Positions 48,948-58,343 of a stretch of DNA of 64,000 nucleotides are shown piece after piece (the first letter of the stretch is position 1; every line of letters begins with the position of its first letter). Position numbers and translations under genes: made by a program. The notes beneath the pieces are model-generated. The model saw nothing but the letters and a program-made list of their open reading frames with translations. It searched no databases and was not told the origin of the DNA. The stretch comes from a virus (Duplodnaviria; Caudoviricetes). The stretch lies in the IMG/VR virus record IMGVR_UViG_3300029286_001711, one strand, 5' to 3'.

Positions 48948-49894
48948 TCGTCTAACTTGTTCCAAACATCACCAGTATAGAGTTTCCAGACACCCCTTTC
49001 TAGGTGATTTAATACTGATTGTAAATTGTAAGTGGTACTTTGGTTTTTACCGTTATGAATCCACGATACACCAATAATCGGTCTTCCTTTAAAATCTTCT
49101 TTTATTGAATCTATTGTGTAAACAATAAAACTACCCACAGAATCTTCATCAGCAAGTGTAAATTCTAGTCCTAATAAACTTTTTGGATCTTCCATTTTAT
49201 TTTCATTAATATTTTTTCGGCCTATAAAATCTGACCATATAATATGTATTGGTTTACCTAGCTTATTACTTACTGATACACCTAAAGAATCATGATAAGG
49301 CCAACTAGCTGAACGTGTTAGTGTTTGATCTTCAATATTTTCAGGCCAGATAGATTGTATAGACCTTATCCCTTTAGTTTTTTCAATCTTCGTACCTTGT
49401 TCACCCCATCTAAATCCTTGTTTGAATAACCATTTTTGTATTTCAATGAAGTCTTCATCGGTATCAAAATCAATATGCCAAGGCTTACCTTTTAAACCGT
49501 CATACCCATTAATAACATCTTTTGCCCATTCAAAATCATCTTCAGATTCGTATAGTTTATCAAAAGCTTGATTAACATCTGGGATGACACTATAACCATC
49601 AAGCATTCTATATCCGTTACCTTCAAACCATTCAAGCCTATCATTTAAGTTATCATTATCTGTACCCTCACGATAATCGTATAGTGTGAACTGGGTTATA
49701 TAGTTATCGTATATTCTAATATATCCAATACTATCTTCAGTATTAACCATGATGTCTCTTATGTAATCATAACTTTTATAGTTTTTACGTTCATTACTAT
49801 CAAACAATAAATCAATAATTTTAATACCCTCATTACCAGATAGTGGTGGGTTGAAAGTTAATATTGTATCTCTATCGAAAAAGGCAGATATCAT
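48944..49894 (-). CDS. Three-module polyprotein-like protein
   Basis: Linkers FDKLYESEDDFEWAK and NINEN; start reassigned to 49894 after ATATTTAT 49900-49907. Confidence 0.7.
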   Translation of the reverse strand: MISAFFDRDTILTFNPPLSGNEGIKIIDLLFDSNERKNYKSYDYIRDIMVNTEDSIGYIRIYDNYITQFTLYDYREGTDNDNLNDRLEWFEGNGYRMLDGYSVIPDVNQAFDKLYESEDDFEWAKDVINGYDGLKGKPWHIDFDTDEDFIEIQKWLFKQGFRWGEQGTKIEKTKGIRSIQSIWPENIEDQTLTRSASWPYHDSLGVSVSNKLGKPIHIIWSDFIGRKNINENKMEDPKSLLGLEFTLADEDSVGSFIVYTIDSIKEDFKGRPIIGVSWIHNGKNQSTTYNLQSVLNHLERGVWKLYTGDVWNKLDD

Positions 49895-49928
49895 TAACAA
49901 TAAATATTCAGGAAAACGGAAAGGGGTG

Positions 49929-50189
49929 TTAGGTCATTTGAAACCTTTTGGAAAAAGAACATCTAGGTTCGATTTGGGGTTTACTAGATATTACGTAGAA
50001 AGAACCACATTCAATATGGTTATAATTTAGATTGATACTATGTAATGATGAACCGTCAGAAGTTTGTGGTGGTGTAATCATATTAACTTTATTATACGTA
50101 AGGTTACCTTCACCTTCAACATAAGATTCATCAGTGATTTCATAGGTACCACCAGACCAAAATATTATATCGCCAACACGTAATCTCAT
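49929..50189 (-). CDS. Small hypothetical protein (SH3/KOW-like, basic C-tag)
   Basis: MRLRVGDIIF...IEPRCSFSKRFQMT. Confidence 0.55.
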   Translation of the reverse strand: MRLRVGDIIFWSGGTYEITDESYVEGEGNLTYNKVNMITPPQTSDGSSLHSINLNYNHIECGSFYVISSKPQIEPRCSFSKRFQMT

Positions 50190-50191
50190 AA

Positions 50192-50437
50192 CTATACAAA
50201 TTTGAATTTTAAAATATTACCAGCCCATTTAGTAGGGCTAACAGCACCGATGACATAGTCGTTCCACCTCTCAACTCTAAAACATTTTTGAGGAACCATT
50301 GGGTTTTCAGGAAATGTAAACCAAACACGGTTACCAACACCTCTTTCTTCTATTCTAGTTACTAAAATTGTATTACCGTGAAATCTAGATGAAATAGATC
50401 CGTGATCATTTAAACGATATGTTTTACCTATCTCCAT
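50192..50437 (-). CDS. Small hypothetical protein (SH3/KOW-like, basic C-tag)
   Basis: MEIGKTYRL...SPTKWAGNILKFKFV. Confidence 0.6.
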   Translation of the reverse strand: MEIGKTYRLNDHGSISSRFHGNTILVTRIEERGVGNRVWFTFPENPMVPQKCFRVERWNDYVIGAVSPTKWAGNILKFKFV

Positions 50438-50798
50438 TATTTTATATTGAGAATATGTTTAATTAAATCAACATCAATTTCTTCGGGTCTGTGTTTAACC
50501 AACTCAACACGTTTAATTCCGACACCTAATAAATCGTCAAAACGTCCAATAGACCAACGACCATTAACTAAGAAAGCATATAAATCATCAATCTCACCTT
50601 GTTCATTAACAATAACATAAGGTTCAACTGGTATCCACTCAAAACCCATTTTAGGATATATTTGAAATCTTGTTCGGTAACCAAACGATATTCATTAAGG
50701 CGAATGCCATTTCTAACCTTCTGTAAAAACCCACCCAAAGTTAACCCCTTGGTTAATAAATGTTTGGGTATGGGCACCATAATCAATTCATCATTCAT
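50437..50798 (-). CDS. Two overlapping ORFs (50568-50798 and 50437-50649), possibly one frameshifted gene
   Basis: TATCTTTG at 50804-50811; a -1 shift at CTAAAATG fuses them to about 120 aa. Confidence 0.4.
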
Positions 50799-50848
50799 AT
50801 ATACAAAGATAAACAAATTAGAAGAAATAGATAAATAAAAATTAGGAA

Positions 50849-52723
50849 TTACTTGATAGGTTTAACACCTTGATTTGTCATAACAAAATGACCACCGTCT
50901 TTAACACGAATCATATGGTGAACAGGTAAACTATCGGCGAAGTAGATATCTTCTGTCCATAACTTAGTATCATGATAACATTCATCACCATCATCTGGGA
51001 TAACTAATATACCCTTTTTATATAGTTCATCAATACATTTTCGATCACCTTGGGGTTCTCCACTACGATCTTGACCAATTATACATTCCCTAACCCCAGG
51101 GATATTGAAATAATCCCATAACGTGATGTTTTCTGGATAGTAATGTCCTCTTCTTAATACAACCCATAAATTTTGATCTACGTTAGATGGTGGGGTAATG
51201 TCTCTAGCCCATTCAAACTCGTCTTCTTCAGATTCTTTAAGATTTTCTTGGGGTGGGGTTATATATTTAACTCTTAATATACCATCAGTTCCAATTGTAG
51301 AGGAACTTACTTCGAAATAATTACCAGTTGATGCGGTTCTCCAATTATTAGGTCTATCTGATAATGAAGCTAACCATTCTAATATTATATTGTCAATCTC
51401 ACCCGTACCATTCCCACTATAGACATCTCTTTTATAGGTAACTCGGTCAACTTTAAATTCCTCACCAGTTAAATTAAACAATAATTTTTTACTATCCCTA
51501 ACTTCACCGTATAAGGCAATCTCATCACCTTTTACTAATGCATCTTTTTCCCATAAATAACCTAAAGTGATTGGTGTGTTAATCAATTGTTTAGCCCATT
51601 CAAAATCTTCTTCAGATTCATATAGTTTACTAAAGGCATCATCCGAACTCATCTTAGAAAACTCAAATTGACCTCTACTTAAATAAACCCACCTACCAGT
51701 TTCATTTAATCTAATATGAAATACTACACCAAAGGTACATTCACCAGGTTTTATTTCGGTAATCTTTTTATATATACCACTTCTACCACTAATATCTAAA
51801 ATTGTTCCAATTTGTTCCCATGATGGGACATAAACATTGTCACCAACATGAATTGTTCTTACACCTTCAGATTCAAATAATCTATTAAAATTATCAATAG
51901 TTGTTTTAATATTATCATCTTTAATAAAATAAAATCCCCTATTTAAATCACCAATGAAATCATCCCATTCTAAAGAACCCTTAGCACCCTCCCATTTAAT
52001 CTTAAGTTCTTCACCGTCATCATCAACTATAGTATAAAAAATTCCAGTCTCCTCATATTCTGTAGGGTGATAAAACTGTAACCCAAGAATATCTTGAGTT
52101 CTTAAGAAACTGTAATCATTTTCAGATTCATATAATTGTTTATACAGGGTATCAAAAATTTCAGAAGTGGTTGTACCGTTAACATAATCCCAACCATCAT
52201 AAAGTTCCCAATAATTTGGTGTGTCTTTCATTTCATGTTCAGCATCATTACCAGTACCCCAAGTTACACTTTTCCTAGAATCAATAAAAATAGTATTTAA
52301 TTTAATAGAGGAATAACTTCTACTGTTGAGTTTATTACCACTACTCCATTTAATACCAGGAAACATTTCTGTCAACCTATCGTAAATCATTTCTTCCTGT
52401 TCAGAAGTGGGACGGGGATCGAATTTTAAAATTATACCCCTTTCTTTTACTGCGTCATTAGATTCATTAATTGTTTCTTTTATAACGGAAGAAATATCAA
52501 CAGTAGGCAAATCAGTTATAATCCAAGTATCATTTATATAATTAAGAAAAGTTTCCACATCATAGTCAGCCATATCTTCACCTTTATAACGATGTGGCCA
52601 GTCAATAAAGACATGACCATCATAATATGAGTGAATAAGATAATCCCATTTACGTTCACCATCTCTCTTAAGACGAAAGTGTAAACCGATCAAATAGGGG
52701 ATATCATCAATGGTGTATTTCAT
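50849..52723 (-). CDS. Six-module polyprotein-like protein
   Basis: Linkers INES, LYES, LFES, LYESEEDFEWAK, LKESEEDEFEWAR; start reassigned to 52723 after ATATTTAT 52729-52736. Confidence 0.75.
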   Translation of the reverse strand: MKYTIDDIPYLIGLHFRLKRDGERKWDYLIHSYYDGHVFIDWPHRYKGEDMADYDVETFLNYINDTWIITDLPTVDISSVIKETINESNDAVKERGIILKFDPRPTSEQEEMIYDRLTEMFPGIKWSSGNKLNSRSYSSIKLNTIFIDSRKSVTWGTGNDAEHEMKDTPNYWELYDGWDYVNGTTTSEIFDTLYKQLYESENDYSFLRTQDILGLQFYHPTEYEETGIFYTIVDDDGEELKIKWEGAKGSLEWDDFIGDLNRGFYFIKDDNIKTTIDNFNRLFESEGVRTIHVGDNVYVPSWEQIGTILDISGRSGIYKKITEIKPGECTFGVVFHIRLNETGRWVYLSRGQFEFSKMSSDDAFSKLYESEEDFEWAKQLINTPITLGYLWEKDALVKGDEIALYGEVRDSKKLLFNLTGEEFKVDRVTYKRDVYSGNGTGEIDNIILEWLASLSDRPNNWRTASTGNYFEVSSSTIGTDGILRVKYITPPQENLKESEEDEFEWARDITPPSNVDQNLWVVLRRGHYYPENITLWDYFNIPGVRECIIGQDRSGEPQGDRKCIDELYKKGILVIPDDGDECYHDTKLWTEDIYFADSLPVHHMIRVKDGGHFVMTNQGVKPIK

Positions 52724-52750
52724 TAACAATAAATATCAGAAATTCAGGAA

Positions 52751-52783
52751 AAAGGGGGTCGGGGGAAAACGGTACGGGATCCG
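52751..52783. repeat. GC-rich element, left arm of an imperfect inverted repeat
   Basis: AAAGGGGGTCGGGGGAAAACGGTACGGGATCCG versus reverse complement of 57730-57759. Confidence 0.7.
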
Positions 52784-52832
52784 GCTATGCGAAAATCAAT
52801 CCACATCATTGTATTCGTAGTGAACACACTAA

Positions 52833-53090
52833 TTAGGATAAGGAAAATTTCTTTAGATGTGTAATAGGTTCAATACCAACATAAGAGAAATCAATATGTT
52901 TAAGCACAGAACGACCATTATGATACATAAAGAAAGGTTGTCCATCACCATTAAGGACGAGAGAACCATCCTGATTATAAACTTCCATCGTACTTCTTGT
53001 AAGGATTTTAAAAATCTTTCCCTTTAATTCTTCCTTCAAAGATGAAGGCCCACTTTTAAATCGATATGTCTTACCAATAAGAATATTCAT
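52833..53090 (-). CDS. Small hypothetical protein (basic C-tag)
   Basis: LIGKTYRFK...IEPITHLKKFSLS. Confidence 0.6.
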   Translation of the reverse strand: MNILIGKTYRFKSGPSSLKEELKGKIFKILTRSTMEVYNQDGSLVLNGDGQPFFMYHNGRSVLKHIDFSYVGIEPITHLKKFSLS

Positions 53091-53378
53091 TTATTGTTTT
53101 TTTAAAAAGTTAAATATTTTAAATCGATAATTAGGGATTTTAGTCATAGCAATCCATTTACCTATTACACTTCCACATATATAAACAATAATAACAGTAT
53201 AGTTACCATTTAAGAGACCCTCTATAGAAAAATAGGTTGTGGATATACTAACCAAATTAATAAAAACTGTATTTAAAAGTAATGGGATAATTTTATTCTC
53301 GTAAGTATATTTAATCTCATAAGTTTTAAAAATATTAAATAAGACCTGTGAGATGAATATGAAAATATAGGTTAACAT
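53091..53378 (-). CDS. Small multi-TM membrane protein
   Basis: Three hydrophobic segments, GSVIG motif. Confidence 0.6.
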   Translation of the reverse strand: MLTYIFIFISQVLFNIFKTYEIKYTYENKIIPLLLNTVFINLVSISTTYFSIEGLLNGNYTVIIVYICGSVIGKWIAMTKIPNYRFKIFNFLKKQ

Positions 53379-53384
53379 AATGAA

Positions 53385-53699
53385 TTAATGTCTAGGTACA
53401 ACAATCTCAACCTTCTGCTTGGGATGAATGGTATGAACATACTTAATAAGATTATCCGTTTGAACCTCAAAACTAAGTTGGGTAATCGATAACTCTTGAA
53501 TGGGTTTGGCATGTTTACCATGAGAAGGATTTAACTCAAACTCGGAGTGGTCATAGACAGCAACAGATTTATTACTATAGTAAATGGTGTCGTTCTTGGT
53601 AGACCATTTATGGTATTCTTCACAAGTTAATTTTCCCTTGTATACTGAACAAGAGACGATGGACATAATAAGTCCAATTGATATTACTATTTTTTTCAT
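53385..53699 (-). CDS. Putative lipoprotein
   Basis: Start reassigned to MKKIVISIGLIMSIVSC (lipobox-like). Confidence 0.55.
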   Translation of the reverse strand: MKKIVISIGLIMSIVSCSVYKGKLTCEEYHKWSTKNDTIYYSNKSVAVYDHSEFELNPSHGKHAKPIQELSITQLSFEVQTDNLIKYVHTIHPKQKVEIVVPRH

Positions 53700-53700
53700 A

Positions 53701-53940
53701 TTATATAAATTTAAAAACCAATTTGGAATCACCCTGAATAATATCAGGTGCTTCACCTTGAACATAGATATCCCAAAACCCCTTGGGTAGGGTACGAATA
53801 CGTGAAGTACCTATAACTTGATAATGTACATTGATACGACCAATACCCGTAAGGTAAAATTCCTTATTGGCAAGAAGACCTATCTTATGGTTAGGGTTTT
53901 CCACCCTCTCCCTGAACTTATATCGTTTACCTATCTCCAT
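53701..53940 (-). CDS. Small hypothetical protein (SH3-like, basic C-tag)
   Basis: MEIGKRYKFR...KLVFKFI. Confidence 0.6.
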   Translation of the reverse strand: MEIGKRYKFRERVENPNHKIGLLANKEFYLTGIGRINVHYQVIGTSRIRTLPKGFWDIYVQGEAPDIIQGDSKLVFKFI

Positions 53941-53943
53941 ATC

Positions 53944-54156
53944 TTAATGTGTACCGTTAGTTAATGAAACCCCATGACGAAATCCCATAATGAAATCCCT
54001 AATTTCTTCCTCATTCATTTTGGGGAGTATGGAACCTAAAATAAATCCGACCTCATTACCGACATCCGATAAATCACCATTCTGATAGGGAACCTTGGTT
54101 AACCCAGCACCTAACTTATTTAAGACCTCTTGAAACTCTATCTCACGTTCTTGCAT
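53944..54156 (-). CDS. Hypothetical protein
   Basis: 70 aa; TATCTTTG at 54256-54263. Confidence 0.55.
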   Translation of the reverse strand: MQEREIEFQEVLNKLGAGLTKVPYQNGDLSDVGNEVGFILGSILPKMNEEEIRDFIMGFRHGVSLTNGTH

Positions 54157-54410
54157 ATAGAAAAGACTATACTTAGTTTTAAATTCCTTATAGGTGGAAT
54201 TGGATAACTCGAATGTTTTTTAGTCCCTTACATTCTGAACCATAAACCTTATATACAAAGATACGAAAATTATTTTATTGAGACCACTTTTTTGGGAAAA
54301 ATTTTCCCGAAATTTTTTTTGGGTTTTTGACCCTATATAGAGTAGAACGCTATTTTCAGAAATTTTTACCCCAAAATTTTTTTACACTTTTGATCTGAAA
54401 ACGTATCCGA

Positions 54411-54492
54411 ACCCCCCTATTGGGGGCTCCCCACGTCCCGGCCAGGGGGAGGGGGGATATGCGCAGGGGGGAGGGGGCCATGGTATGGGGAC
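54411..54492. other. Non-coding G-tract island (G-quadruplex potential)
   Basis: G5, G6, G6, G5, G4 runs at 54445, 54451, 54466, 54473, 54487 in an AT-rich genome. Confidence 0.75.
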
Positions 54493-54524
54493 CCTGCCAG
54501 CCTGACATCTTGTCTGTATATTTC

Positions 54525-54716
54525 TTACGTTCGCCTCAATAGTCTACTATTAATTGGTTTGGCCGATGTCCCAGTGAACTTCGGCTTATTGTACTGCTTC
54601 ATCCTCTCCATAAACTCTTTCCTCTTCCTCTCTCTGTTGTCCATCACCTTCACGATGACAGCTGATACGATTAGGATTGTACCTACTGAGATTCCTACTA
54701 TAACATTCGCTTCCAT
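54525..54716 (-). CDS. Small single-TM protein
   Basis: VIVGISVGTILIVSAVIV then basic tail; promoter TTTG-N20-TATCTTTG at 54733-54764. Confidence 0.55.
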   Translation of the reverse strand: MEANVIVGISVGTILIVSAVIVKVMDNRERKRKEFMERMKQYNKPKFTGTSAKPINSRLLRRT

Positions 54717-54805
54717 ATTATTATCTTTAATACAAAGATAAACAATTCATTTGATATAGACAAATCTATTTGCTATGTTGTTATGTCTATCTTAGTCGTT
54801 GGAGA

Positions 54806-55075
54806 TTACATAGTCGTTGAGAATGTTAATGGTCTTAAGTGTTTGATTGGTTCTATACTTTCTTCCCGTATAGATAGTACACCTCTCTCTAGCCAACCCT
54901 CTATGTCATCATCATAAACCCAGATGGTCTTACCTGATGTCTTACCCTTAAGGAAGTACTTGTGTCTAATGAATGGTACATCACCTAGTCTATAGACTCT
55001 ATCAGCCACTTTGTCTATGACGGTCATGTAGCTATCATGTCTCATGTTATTAAACCTATCTCCTATTTGATACAT
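54806..55075 (-). CDS. Small hypothetical protein (basic C-tag)
   Basis: MYQIGDRF...IEPIKHLRPLTF. Confidence 0.6.
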   Translation of the reverse strand: MYQIGDRFNNMRHDSYMTVIDKVADRVYRLGDVPFIRHKYFLKGKTSGKTIWVYDDDIEGWLERGVLSIREESIEPIKHLRPLTFSTTM

Positions 55076-55448
55076 TCTTCTTCCTGCTCTTCTTAATCTC
55101 GTTAACTAGTATGGTGATTGATGTGACAGCCAATCCTATACCAAAACAAAACCCCATAACATCTTTTATAATCATACGATAAAGATAACCATTTTATTTG
55201 GTAGTGTCAAAAGTATTATGTACATTTGTATTGTTGATGGCCATCAGCGTGAGAGTACCAGAGTCGATTGGAGACAGCGCCAAGTGTGCCTTATATTTTC
55301 CTATTGCGGAAAATATTATTTGTTTTTTAATTATATTATCCGTATCTTTGTATTATATGGGAATGACATTTAGAGTCGATGATAAACAATCGTTTTAATG
55401 TTTTTTACACTTTGTTATACACAGTATTAATTTATAAAATATAAACAA

Positions 55449-55616
55449 ATGGAATCAGTAAAAGAATTTATCACAGAAACAAAAACAGAAATAAAAAACG
55501 GTGTTAAATACACCACACATTTTGTTAATAGACCTATTAGACAAGGCGACACACAAGGTGGTTCTGTTGGTACGTGTATTAACGGAATAAACAAAACAAC
55601 GGAAATCATAAATTAA
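55449..55616 (+). CDS. Small hypothetical protein (55 aa, below the ORF-track cut-off)
   Basis: Manual translation MESVKEFITETKTEIKNG...; preferred over the antisense ORF 55427-55609. Confidence 0.45.
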   Translation: MESVKEFITETKTEIKNGVKYTTHFVNRPIRQGDTQGGSVGTCINGINKTTEIIN

Positions 55617-55856
55617 TATTGTGTATAACTACTAGATTAACGCAATAGACATAACAAATAAAAAAAATAACAAGGTGTATCAATGCCTACATATAAAAAA
55701 GTGAAGAAGAAGTATGTCAGCGTATTTAGGTGTTGTAGTTTCATTGACTTGGCTGGTTTTAATACTTTCCTACCAACTAGAAAACGTACACTTGTTATAA
55801 AAAATTAACCCATAAAAATAGTTGATAGTATAAAATAAAATTCTTATATTTGTAGT

Positions 55857-55955
55857 ATGGAAATATTAAGTTTAGAAACAGGAGTATTAGTAATGGTGGG
55901 CGTTTGTATCACCCTATTAGTATGGCTATTACGCAGAGTCGCTAAGATGAGTTAA
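55857..55955 (+). CDS. 32-aa hydrophobic peptide
   Basis: MEILSLETGVLVMVGVCITLLVWLLRRVAKMS; TATATTTG at 55845-55852. Confidence 0.5.
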   Translation: MEILSLETGVLVMVGVCITLLVWLLRRVAKMS

Positions 55956-56253
55956 ACATGGGTTACGGTACACCCTATTTTCCCACTCTCTGTCCCTTCT
56001 CTCCAGGGAATTCCCCATTCGCTGCCGTAAAATTTGAGTCATAACTCGCAAGAGGGTCAGTTCCCTTTACGGTTTCCTTACATAATCAACCATTTCCTAT
56101 TGTCTTTTCTATACGTGGCAATCTCTTCATATACACAATCCACCACTTTTCCCCATTATTTACCACCGAGTATTCCAAGATCGAGAAATTTATACTAATT
56201 GGCAGCGGGCGTTGCCTATTGTATGGATCTACATCTTCCACACATTTACTGAA

Positions 56254-56475
56254 TTAAGATCGTAATAGAGTAGGGTTTATGGTACGTAGTAATGTCGGTT
56301 CAAAACATTCTTCCATATTTTCCTTCCATATCCAGAGTATTCTGTTCCCCCTTTCCAATATATCAACACACTCTCGTTCCCAGGCAATATATCTATATAC
56401 CTCATAGACTTTTCCTATACGGAAATTCTTTGTATAATCAATCTTAGGAATCTTCTTACAAATTACTCTTTCCAT
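56254..56475 (-). CDS. Small hypothetical protein
   Basis: IGKVYEV segment, SH3-like. Confidence 0.55.
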   Translation of the reverse strand: MERVICKKIPKIDYTKNFRIGKVYEVYRYIAWERECVDILERGNRILWIWKENMEECFEPTLLRTINPTLLRS

Positions 56476-56849
56476 TACTTCATGTTCTTTGTTACCATCT
56501 CCAATGTATATAAGTTCTCATTGTCCTTTTTGGTTCTGTTCTTTTTATTCTTAAGTAATTCAATCTCTTTCATTAATTCCAACTTTTGATTACTTACCTT
56601 TACTTCAGGTTTCTCAATGAATGAATGTTCTATTGTCTTTACTGGTCTGTCTACATAGACTATCTTTTCCTTATAGACAATTTTCTCTACAGGGATTTCC
56701 TTATTTACTATCTTATCTTTGTAGACAATTTTATCCTTATAGATAATCTTATTCTTACCGATTGGTTTACTCTCTGCTGATAGAGATTTCATTACTAAGA
56801 ATTGTATTACGTTGAGAACTATTGAACCTATTATTATCATTTCTATCAT
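56475..56849 (-). CDS. Membrane-anchored protein with (K/E)IVY(K/V)D repeats
   Basis: N-terminal TM; KIIYKDKIVYKDKIVNKE..EKIVYKEKIVYVD; TATCTTTG at 56854-56861. Confidence 0.6.
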   Translation of the reverse strand: MIEMIIIGSIVLNVIQFLVMKSLSAESKPIGKNKIIYKDKIVYKDKIVNKEIPVEKIVYKEKIVYVDRPVKTIEHSFIEKPEVKVSNQKLELMKEIELLKNKKNRTKKDNENLYTLEMVTKNMK

Positions 56850-56867
56850 AATACAAAGATAGGGAAT

Positions 56868-57092
56868 TTATTCCTCATTTCCTATTCTATAATCTATTCT
56901 ACACCAGTAGTATTTCTCCAATGTACTAACATTAAATCCCCTTTCCAATATCATCTTACCAACCAGACTCCATCCTTGTTCTCTCTCTATATAATTTAGT
57001 ATTGTATTTATAAACTCCATAGTTACATGTTCATATATTTTAGACCTTTGTTCTTTCTTACTAAAACTATGTCTCTTTAATTTGAATTCCAT
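56868..57092 (-). CDS. Small hypothetical protein (MEFKLKRH start)
   Basis: Start reassigned to ATG 57092. Confidence 0.55.
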   Translation of the reverse strand: MEFKLKRHSFSKKEQRSKIYEHVTMEFINTILNYIEREQGWSLVGKMILERGFNVSTLEKYYWCRIDYRIGNEE

Positions 57093-57094
57093 TT

Positions 57095-57301
57095 CTAATT
57101 GTATTCTACTACACATCTTACTTTCTCATTATAGAGTGCTGGACATTCTCCTGTATAAGTTTCTATTCTAAAATCTATTACATTATATCCTCTTACTATC
57201 ATGGTCTTAATCCAATCCAAAGATTCTCTATGTGTTATATCTTCACATGTAACAGAATAAATTTTTCTTATACTATGTTTCTTCAGATTCTTTTTAATCA
57301 T
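57095..57301 (-). CDS. Hypothetical protein
   Basis: 68 aa coupled ORF. Confidence 0.5.
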   Translation of the reverse strand: MIKKNLKKHSIRKIYSVTCEDITHRESLDWIKTMIVRGYNVIDFRIETYTGECPALYNEKVRCVVEYN

Positions 57302-57585
57302 TTCCTATTGTAATTTTCTAAAAACTTATTTGATGTCATATCTACGTATTCTTCCACTGTCATGAATTTGATATCTTTTATCTCTTCATTTTGTATTACC
57401 CTTTCTACTGGTTGACAACACTCATAACAGTCTGTCTTTATTGAATAATCTACTACTGCATCATATCCACAATGATGTCCTATATCAGTTAGGAAATCTT
57501 TCTTACAGTGTGGACATTCTGTTTGTACACAAATTAATACAATACCTTTACCACGTTTTAGTGCCTCTTGTAAATTATCTTCCAT
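57298..57585 (-). CDS. Zinc-ribbon protein
   Basis: CPHC...CGY...CYECC. Confidence 0.6.
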   Translation of the reverse strand: MEDNLQEALKRGKGIVLICVQTECPHCKKDFLTDIGHHCGYDAVVDYSIKTDCYECCQPVERVIQNEEIKDIKFMTVEEYVDMTSNKFLENYNRK

Positions 57586-57729
57586 TTCTTATCTTATTCT
57601 TAATCTCTTTATGTATGGTAATGGTTCCATAACTTCTTTAACCCATTTCTTATAGAAACTTCCTTTGGTTCTACAAATATAATGAATTTATCTCTTATTA
57701 TCCATTATGTGGATAATATTTCCGATCAA

Positions 57730-57759
57730 CGGATCCCGTCCACAATCCCCGACCCCTTT
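57730..57759. repeat. GC-rich element, right arm of an imperfect inverted repeat
   Basis: CGGATCCCGTCCACAATCCCCGACCCCTTT. Confidence 0.7.
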
Positions 57760-57854
57760 CTTTCCGACCGTTCCTATTGTAATTCTAATGGATTAATACT
57801 TAGTAGTAAGTCCATCATTTCTTCCTGTGTTAATAATATTGCTGTTCCCATTTC

Positions 57855-58139
57855 TTATTCATAATGATAGTTCTTTCTTTGTGTTGTAATCAAATATTTG
57901 TCCAGGAATATTTGTTCTATTTCAGGTATTGGGTTATTATCACCTAAGAACCCATCTTTACCCCATTGTCCATTTGAGTAATAAGCCACGAGTTCTTCTT
58001 CTTCATCACCTAATAGGTACCATTTGATTATATGGAAATCTTTATTCATTATACACTCATCTCTCACATATTCTACCCCATCATATTCCACTACATGTGT
58101 GAAATCTTCTCTATATCTTGGTTCTCTTATTATCTTCAT
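57855..58139 (-). CDS. Hypothetical protein
   Basis: 94 aa in small-gene array. Confidence 0.55.
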   Translation of the reverse strand: MKIIREPRYREDFTHVVEYDGVEYVRDECIMNKDFHIIKWYLLGDEEEELVAYYSNGQWGKDGFLGDNNPIPEIEQIFLDKYLITTQRKNYHYE

Positions 58140-58142
58140 TTC

Positions 58143-58340
58143 TTATTGTAATTTAAATTTTTCTATATATTGTATTGGTTTAATATCTTCCTTAATCCAT
58201 CTGTCATAAAAACGGCCATCCATTTCACAGTAATAAACAAATGTTTCCCATCCATAACCACAAAAGACCGTTTCCCATCCGTTCATACTTTCTACCCATT
58301 GTCTATATTTACGAAACCCCTCTCTATATCTTCCTTCCAT
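58143..58340 (-). CDS. Small hypothetical protein (basic C-tag)
   Basis: Ends IKPIQYIEKFKLQ. Confidence 0.55.
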   Translation of the reverse strand: MEGRYREGFRKYRQWVESMNGWETVFCGYGWETFVYYCEMDGRFYDRWIKEDIKPIQYIEKFKLQ

Positions 58341-58343
58341 TTC

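Noticed and set aside
55198-55609. ORFs 55198-55398(+) and 55427-55609(-)
   Set aside because: The first contains a promoter (55319-55350) inside it, so only a short 3' ORF is plausible; the second is antisense to the better 55449-55616 ORF
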